From NCBI RefSeq assembly GCF_018350175.1, contig NC_058368.1, positions 51,213,815 to 51,277,814 on the forward strand: a stretch of 64,000 nucleotides of DNA, written 5' to 3'. Positions 52,101 to 61,100 of this stretch are shown piece after piece. This DNA comes from Felis catus. Its lineage: Eukaryota. The notes beneath the pieces were generated by a model. That model made no database searches. It was given only the letters and a program-made list of their open reading frames with translations, and was not told where the DNA came from. How positions within the stretch are numbered: position 1 is the first letter of the stretch; every line of letters starts with the position of its first letter. The position numbers and the translations under genes were made by a program.

Positions 52101-55100
52101 GCTATTTAAATCTCATTTACTACAAAGTCTGCAACTCTCACTGAAAATATCAGTTAGGAGGGTACCAGCTTTCCACTGGAGAATTAATTCAAGGGGAATT
52201 CAACCTGCGAATGTAAGGATACACTCTTGTGGCTTGCCTGCCAAAATCTGTGAAGACAGGGTTTAGCAGGAGGACATAGAAGCAGAAATCAGAATACTAT
52301 CATAATTAGAAGCACCCATAAACATAAATGTGAAAAACAAGGACATTTGTAGGATAAGATGTTTGAGGTTTAAGGACAAAGTCCTGGAAGAGGTTTTGAA
52401 ACCAGAACAGCTCTGGAGTCTCTTCACTGTGTTACAAAGCCTATAAAGATTGAATTCCTAACATTTTTTGAAAGTCTAAAAAAGGCTGTTAAACACCTAA
52501 AGAAATTAAGCTGGGACAGACAATTGTTCTACACATTTAATTTTTACAAAATTTGCTCATATTTGAACATAGTCTGATATAGTTAACTTTTTTTTTTTAA
52601 TTTTTTTTTTCAACGTTTATTTATTTTTGGGACAGAGAGAGACAGAGCATGAATGGGGAGGGGCAGAGAGAGAGGGAGACACAGAATCGGAAACAGGCTC
52701 CAGGCTCTGAGCCATCAGCCCAGAGCCTGACGCGGGGCTCGAACTCAGGGACCGCGAGATTGTGACCTGGCTGAAGTCGGACGCTTAACCGACTGCGCCA
52801 CCCAGGCGCCCCTGATATAGTTAACTTTTTAAAAGATTTATATTTTTCAATTTAAAAAGAGAAGCAATCCTTAAGACATACATTGGTATCTATGAACAAA
52901 AGAAAAAACATTGATTAACTTTCAGGCAATTTGTTGGAAACTATATAATCATGTTCTTTTTAAAATCTTATTTTATAGGCAAAACAAACAATTATCAAAT
53001 TCACCTCTGTGGAATTTTGATTCTTTTTGGTACAACATTACAGTTCACTAAAGAGAATATTAACAATATAAAAAACAAGATTTTTCTCCAGTACTCAATG
53101 AAGTCAATGTTGTCCATCTGGCATAAAATATCCCCTTATTAACAACAAGGTTCTTCATATGTCATTTATCCTTTGTCTTCTTTGTTTTGGATCCCAACTA
53201 TTAAGTTCCCTGGAGTACTTACGTAGTTCATTTTCTGATCACAGCAACTTTGAGAGTCTACTGTGAATTGTATTTTAAAAAATCACTCCCTAGATGCTAC
53301 TAATAAAAAAAAACATATAACTTTAATTTTTAATAAGGAAAGCATTCTCATTTCAGTTTAACAAGGACAAATTGTGGTTCTGCTGTGAATATGAGAAACT
53401 TGACCTTGCTCCTGGGAACATAAACTGGAAAAATCAAGACATAGGTCACAATCTGGTGGCAGTACACAAAACTGCAGTTCTGAGATTTAAAAGGGAGATA
53501 CATTCTTTTTCTTTTTTTTAATGTTTATTTGTGAGAAAGAGAGACAGAGTGCAAGCGGTGGAGGGGCAGTGAGAAAGGGAGACACAGAATCTGAAGCAGG
53601 CTCCAGGCTCTGAGTTGTCAGCACAGAGCCTGATGTGCGACTCGAACTCGTGAACCATGAGATCATGACCCCAACCGAAGTCGGATACTTAACCGACTGA
53701 GCCACCCAGGTGCCCCTATATATTCTTTTTCAATGTTAAGTCAACAATAAGCAATGATCAGAAATATTAAACAGAATATTAGAAAGGGCAGTAGGAATAC
53801 ATTATATTCAGGAGGTCAGGTGTCTAATCACATCACCCATGTCATTATCCTGAGGCTCAAACAGGGGAAGTAAGAGTGATGGAATTTTTTCCACAGAACA
53901 TCTCAAAGGAGGCTACAAATAACTGGCAGAAATAAACTTCATCTATTTTTACTTTTTGGGTCTTCTAGTTCTCAATATCAAGGAGGCAGTACAGCGGTTA
54001 TACATTTTTTAGTCCTAGAATTACTGAATGCAATCCTAACATAGATATTTGAAAGAACTTGAGAAAGTTTTATAAATATATCTATGACAATGCTCAAATT
54101 TCACTGTATTCTGTCCATGCTTATATATACACCTACATTTATGTGTATGTATATGTATTTGTTAAGATATAAGAAAGAAATCTAATTCTATAGATCTTTC
54201 CCAAGCAATGATTATAAAATTTCACTGGGTTTATAGAAGAATGATAGGGACAGTGTTCCTGACCTTCTTCACCTGATTTAAATTTCACTGTATATTTATA
54301 TTCTGCTCTGAATAGAATATCAGATATTTTTGACATTATTGATGCCTATAATAGGCAGCAAATGGTTAAGTCTAACTTGATATTTGGCAATTATTTATTT
54401 TAAAAATACCTACTTTTAAAAATAATAAAAACTACTTTATTGGTTCTTGAGACAATATATAAACATTCAACATAGTCAAAAGATGACAGTAACTGAACAA
54501 AATGCAGATAAAAAATAAATGTAATTAAGTATAATTATTATTCCCACTTCTGTCTAGTAATATTTTGGAGAGTTTAAAATAAAGTAATAGTAATTATTAC
54601 ACACTCTTAGCTAGCAGCTGTCTGGACTGACAGCTGTAGATAACAATTATCATTGCATAATCAGTACACCCGGAATCAGAAGAAAAGTGGAATTATGTGA
54701 ATGCTACGGGAGCTTAAGAAATGGAATAGGAAATAAAATTTAGTCACATAAATATTAGTATAACTAAATGAATTATAAAATAATGAAAGCTGGAACAAAA
54801 TTTCCAAGTGAAGGATAAAACAGAAATAAGCTTTTTACTAGAAAATAACATTAACCTACATAGGAAAGTCGGAAGGAAGATGATGAAACTTTGTTAAGGT
54901 GGATAACCCCCCAAACACAGCATGTGTCTAGATGACTTCTAAACAAAACTGCACCTGCATAAAACATACTCAGAGCATATTACTGAATACACAGTAAATT
55001 CCAAGTAACTATGGTTAAGGAATATACAAGATTAAGGAAAAGCATATCATTTCAGAGTTTGTGATGGCTGACCAAGGAAAATTCTGAGCAAAATTTGATG

Positions 55101-58100
55101 TGTATATATACTAGGCCTGAGAAAGAATAACTTCAAAACATTCCATGAAAAGGTTAAGTATTACTCCTTAAGCCAATAATGTGAGGCACAGGAGGGCTGA
55201 AGATGCTATTAAAAATAAAAATCTGGCTCTCCACAAATCTTATTAGTTGCAAAGTTAAAAACGGTAACTACCGATCAGAGAAATCAGACATGTAACCATG
55301 TCCTGCCTTCAGAAGGATATAACACTTATGTAGTACAAAGACAGCTAAAACTGAAAACAAAACGAAAAGGTTTTTAGGATAAGATATTTCTGTTTGAAGA
55401 GAGAAGAAAAGAGTAGGCACATAAATCCAAGGTTCCATCCATGCCACACCTTCACAGGAGGCAAGTAAACAAATGGACAAATTCTGTGGTATGATTATAA
55501 TGCAGGACAGAAATGACCTCTAGGTCTTGGAAACAAAGCTGGCCTCTATACTAACATTTATACTAATATTTCAACATAGTGTTACTCTATGAAGAATCGA
55601 TCTCAAGACAAATAATAAAGTTATACTGTAAAAATGTAAACTGAGGAGAAGCCAGGAAACCTCAGTTGTCCCTTTCCAAATTCCTTCCTGCTACTCCTCC
55701 ACACTGAGAATAAACTGCTCGCTCTCAGGCTGTGATTTCTTCTAGTCTTCCTAGGAGCATAATAGATGTTAAGTGCTTGCATCAAAAGGCAATAATGATA
55801 TCAAGTGATAACATTTACTGGGCACCCCGCTTTATGGATGAAGTAAAAAGGGCTCAGCTGTGTCACACAACCTACCTAAATAAAGCCAGTGAGCGGCTGA
55901 AAGGGAAATCTGAGTTTTAAGTTCTTTCCATCACTTCTTTCCATCTCTATAATGAACACGGTGCTTTAGTATATATTGGTATTCTCAAGCCTAAATAAAT
56001 ATGCATGCAGATACTCAAGTGGACATTTTAAGTCATATGTAGCAAATGTTCTGTCTCATTTAAGAATGTGGCATACAGGTGTAACAGAAAAACTTGTTGC
56101 AAGATAACCTAGAGGTTTCCTATCTGGGCTTGAAAGTACTGTTATTTTGACATTATGTTACATATTGAAAATGTCTGGGAGAATAGTAAATTGTCTTAAT
56201 TATCATTTTTTTCCACAAGAAAAATGAAAATAAACTATTAGGCCTCCTGGACAGTAGATCTTAAATGCCTCAGTCATTTGGAAGTTTTTCAGTTTTGGAG
56301 GATCTTGCTTAGGTATAAACTCCTAATTATCATTACTCAGTATACACTCAGAATTATTAGACTTTGTATTGTCATATTATAGTGGTTTTAATTAGTACTG
56401 AAACATTCTTCCTCTTCTTTGAACATATACTCTAATATTGGAATACCTAGCATAAAATAACAAGAAACACATGATCTTAAATTCATGGTTTACACAGAAG
56501 AAAGTGATAATCTTAGTCATCTAGAGCCAATAAATATTCCTCCAATGCCTGTGATGTGTAAGACCCTGTCAGGGGCTATGAGACAGAAAATGATACTTTA
56601 AAAGGAATGAATAAAAACAGTGAAAATAAGCAGTGAATTATTCTTACAGAATAATGGCAGAGATATCATTCATAACTTCAGTTCACTAGAACCCTATTGC
56701 AAAATCCTACTGGTAATTGGAAATAAAAAAGTAAATTATAGAACAGTAAAGAAAAAGTCTATATACACACTTCTCTCCCTCCCTCAGACCTATACACACA
56801 TAAGACAAGGAAAATTTGTAATTTTATTTCTGTAATTATTCTACTTCACTAGAAAGTTCAAGTAATATGTGTGTATATGTAAGTTTGCTACTATAAAAAA
56901 GTACCAAATTATTTTCATGTAACAAAATAAGTACCAATTCCAAAGATTAGTGAAAGCTATGCCTCTGGGAAAACAAAACTAAAGAATTATTGATAATCAC
57001 ACTCATAGAGGTTCTAAATAAAGTTAACATATGGGGCAGTTTATATATGTCTATGTAGAGTTTGTATACTTAACTGGGAACTTGACTTATGACATTTAGG
57101 AAATCTTTTTTTCCTCTCCAACTATGCTACATTCTGAAAATTAAACTATAAAGTATAAATAAACAACCCAAACAAAGCTAATACTCTAGACTCGGTGCCA
57201 GGACAAATGTAGGCAGAAATTTTAAAAATATGTATCAAAGGCCAGTTTTGGCAGCTTTACTCAGTACGCAAAGCTGAATATTTAAAACATGGCCTTTGTA
57301 GTCAGTAGAACTGGTCTCACACTCTGGCTTTACCATTTTACTACGTTATTTCTAGGGAAAACCATTTCTACCGAGCTTCTGTTTCCTTACCTGTAAAATG
57401 GAGACATTATCTTAAATGAGGATGTATTAAAGTGTTTAAAGACAGTGTTTAGCACATAGCAGTGACTATCAATATAAGCAAAAAATTAGTATATATAGTC
57501 CCCTATACATAATGTTTTCTTTTAGTATCACAAATGTGTAAGACAACAGTGATTCTCATTTTACTAATTAGTAATGAGAAGTTCAGTATGTAGCCGTCTT
57601 CTATTGTTTTTTTTTTCTTAAAGTTTATTTACTTTGAGAGAGAGCGTGCCCCCTCTGTGCCCCTGTAGCCATCTTCTAAAGCGAGGTGAACTGCTGGTGT
57701 GATGGATGGCAGTGAAGTTCAGGAAAGAATACCTTACTCAGGTAGTCTTAACAATAAGCACACTCTGCCATATTTAATTTTCCCAATATGATGTGATGAA
57801 TACCATTCAAACTTACTTCCAAAATATTAAAACTATTTTAGATTCCATACTTTTTTTTTTTTTGGTCATACTAAAAATTAAGAATTTTGGTTTCTGGAAT
57901 TTGTAAAGTCAAACTTCAGTGATATTCTGATGAGAACTAAGAGGTTTAGAAGAAAGAGCTACATAATTCCCACTGTTGGAATAGAGACAAACGATGATTC
58001 AGAAAACTGGTAACTGAGATATGTTCAGGCCATGATTTCAAATTTGCTCCAAGACGGTGGTAAAAGAAAGCAGTGGTACTGATAACACTCAGACACAAGA

Positions 58101-61100
58101 TGCATACAGTTATTTTGACACAATGCCAGTTGGAAACCTATTATTCTTTGAGGGAAATAAGCCTGATTTTATTATGGTCTTTATAGTTTGAAATATTTTA
58201 TTAGATAATTTGGTAAAACAAAAATAATTACACTTTTCTTTCTTTTTTTTTTTTAATTTTTTTTTTTTAACGTTTATTTTTGAGACAGAGAGAGACCGAG
58301 CATGAACGGGGGAGGGTCAGAGAGAGGGAGACACAGAATCTGAAACAGGCTCCAGGCTCTGAGCTGTCAGCACAGAGCCTGACGTGGGGCTCGAACTCAC
58401 GGACCACGAGATCATGACCTGAGCCGAAGTCGGATGCTTAACCGACTGAGCCACCCACGCACCCCACTTTTTTTTTTTTTGAGAAGACTTGAAATGACTT
58501 TTTGTGTAGAACAAAAATGTCCTTACTTTTTTCTGTTGTCTGCTGCTGCTATGACATTATCAGAGTCATTTCCTGTTTGAAATTTTATATCTAATATGGA
58601 TTTTCTGCCTAATTATGATTTTTTTGCTTTTTGTTTTTTCTCTTGTCTTTACCTTTAAGACTTCCTGCAATCTGGGCATATATAAATGTAAAAAAACTAT
58701 TGCTTCATTAAATGAGTAAACTAAGTTGTCACTTCTCTTTCCTTCATCTGTAATGCTTACCAAAGAAGGAAAAAGCTACTTCTCACACATGACACTGTCA
58801 TATTTCCTTGAAATTCTTCTTTTAAGACACATTCAATATCCATATATATAGACAATGATTGGCTAGAAATTGATACTACTTATATTTCCAAACTACTTAA
58901 TTTCATTAAACTTGCCTAATGTATAGTGCAATCCCAGAAAAGTTTATACTCTTGTATACTCTTTATCTAAGGTAGATAATAATATCCTAATGAGTAACAT
59001 TATTTGCATGATCTGGGACTTTCATGAATTATCTCATTCAGTGATTACATTTATATATTGTACAGCCGATAACATGAACTGAAAGCCAAGAAGAATATAT
59101 TGCTGTCATACCACAAGAAGCTTTGAGAAGTTTATGTGGAGGCCTCAAGAAGTTATTAAAAAAAAAAAAAAAAAAAAAAAAAGGAACACTTGGTTAAGTG
59201 TAATTTGTTTGGGTCTATTTTCCAGATCAATGTGAATTACATCATGGATGGAGGGCTAGAGCAATCTTAGAAGGCATAGCTAAAAGCAAATAATCACTTT
59301 AACACATTAAGAACAAGAAAAACAACAACAACAACAACAACAACAACAAAAAGCAAGAGAAGAAACAACAATTTGAGAAAATCTGGAAACCTCAAGTTGC
59401 TATACATTTCACAGATACGAAATTCACTTAAAAGAAACAAACAAACCTGCCCCGTACCACCTATCCTCTACCCACTGCTATAGTGAAATAGGTCTATTCT
59501 CTTGGGGCATCCCTCAGTAACAAAAATCCAGTGTAAAACAATGAAAGTTAGCTCTGTAAGTGATGCTTAGTATAGTCATGCATTTTATATAAAAAAATTT
59601 AAATGAAATGTTTTTCTTAACATGCGTTATGTATGTATTTGCTTATGCTGGAATTAGAGAGCATAATAGCCATACTTTAATAACTATACTTAATAAAAAA
59701 ATGTGTGATTAAAAAACAAATGTCTTAGCTGCACAATGTCTTAGCTCAGAATAGCTTAAATCCTTCAAAAATGTGGAAAGGGATAACATCCTCATGAAAT
59801 AAAATCAGTCAAGTGAGTTGATAAAGAATTAGTAACTGATAAACAACTCAGAACAAAGCTTCAGAAATGGTTTGATGAGGCAGGTAAGGCTGACAGACTT
59901 ACTCTGAAGCTGAGGCTGCTGGAAGGAAAGGGGCTGTCCGAACACAAATGGGCTGTGGACTAGGGAAGAGGGAGGTTTTGCAGCTTGATCAAAGATGGAA
60001 GGAGCTGGGAGATTGGGCCGAGACTGAATGGAATTCAATATGGCACTCAGTTGGTCACCTGCAGTGGGCAAAACAGTCAAAACTACAACTTGTTATTAAT
60101 TAACATCCAAAATGGCAAAGAATATGGTGCTTTATGACATTCAGATAAAGTTAAACACTAAATAAAACTATGCCAACTCAGGAATGAGTGGAAGTTGGTG
60201 ATCATTATTCTCAAATTAGGGACCAAATGTTGTTATGTTGTTTTAATAATCTTATATAACAGCCCACCTATGAAAACAAATTCATGAAAATTTACACACA
60301 ACATTGAGCAGCAGTGTGGGGGAATTCAGAGTCTATGAAGAATCTATCATAGAGAGGTTGACTCAATATCATACAAGTGTAAACTGAGATCTAAGCAAAT
60401 GATGTCTTCTACATAATACCTAATAAATGACTAAATAACTCCACCTCATATGCAGTACTCTTCATGCAGAAAATAAGCAAATAATATGAAAACGTTTTTT
60501 TAAGTACATGTAGAACTGAAGGGAGGCAAAGTATATGTTATTAACTTAGTAATATATTTACATTAGAGTTAATAAATTATTATTTTCTTTTTTTAAATTG
60601 TTACTGCCAAAGAAATTATACTTCTTAAAGCATGAGCTCCTTTGCTTGGATGGATAATATACCAATCTTTAAGACTTATAAGATAAAAAGGAGTATGAGC
60701 TATCTAATTGGAATAGTATCTCAAGTATGAATTCTGACATTCTCCCTTGAAATTACATACACAGGACTTTAACAGAAAAATATTTTTAAAACTATGAAAC
60801 AATATAATTAGATGGATGATCCTTAGCTTCTTCTTTAGGAGATTATATGTATTAAATATTTTAAATAATACTGAAAAAGAGAAGAAGAAAAAATATATCT
60901 AGATTAGTTGATGTAAAAACTGGAACACAGTACCTTTCCAGCCATATTCCCTAAATATAATAAAGTTTCTTAAGTGAAGACTTCAAATGAAACAGCAAGA
61001 AAGAATAGACTTATATGGAAAGAACTGTATACATAGCTACATATGTCCACTTTTCAAAAATTTATGTTGTAGATTTCAGGAAGGATTTTAGAAATTATGA

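Noticed and set aside
819..58466. tRNA-like heads (GGGGCGCCTGGGTGGCTCAGTCGGTTAAGCG) as tRNA genes
   Set aside because: These are tRNA-derived SINE heads followed by a CT tract, A-tail and TSDs; no complete cloverleaf.
9473..58514. Recurring short ORFs such as [30 protein letters not shown] that look like a paralogous peptide family
   Set aside because: They are translations of Can-SINE bodies, not genes.
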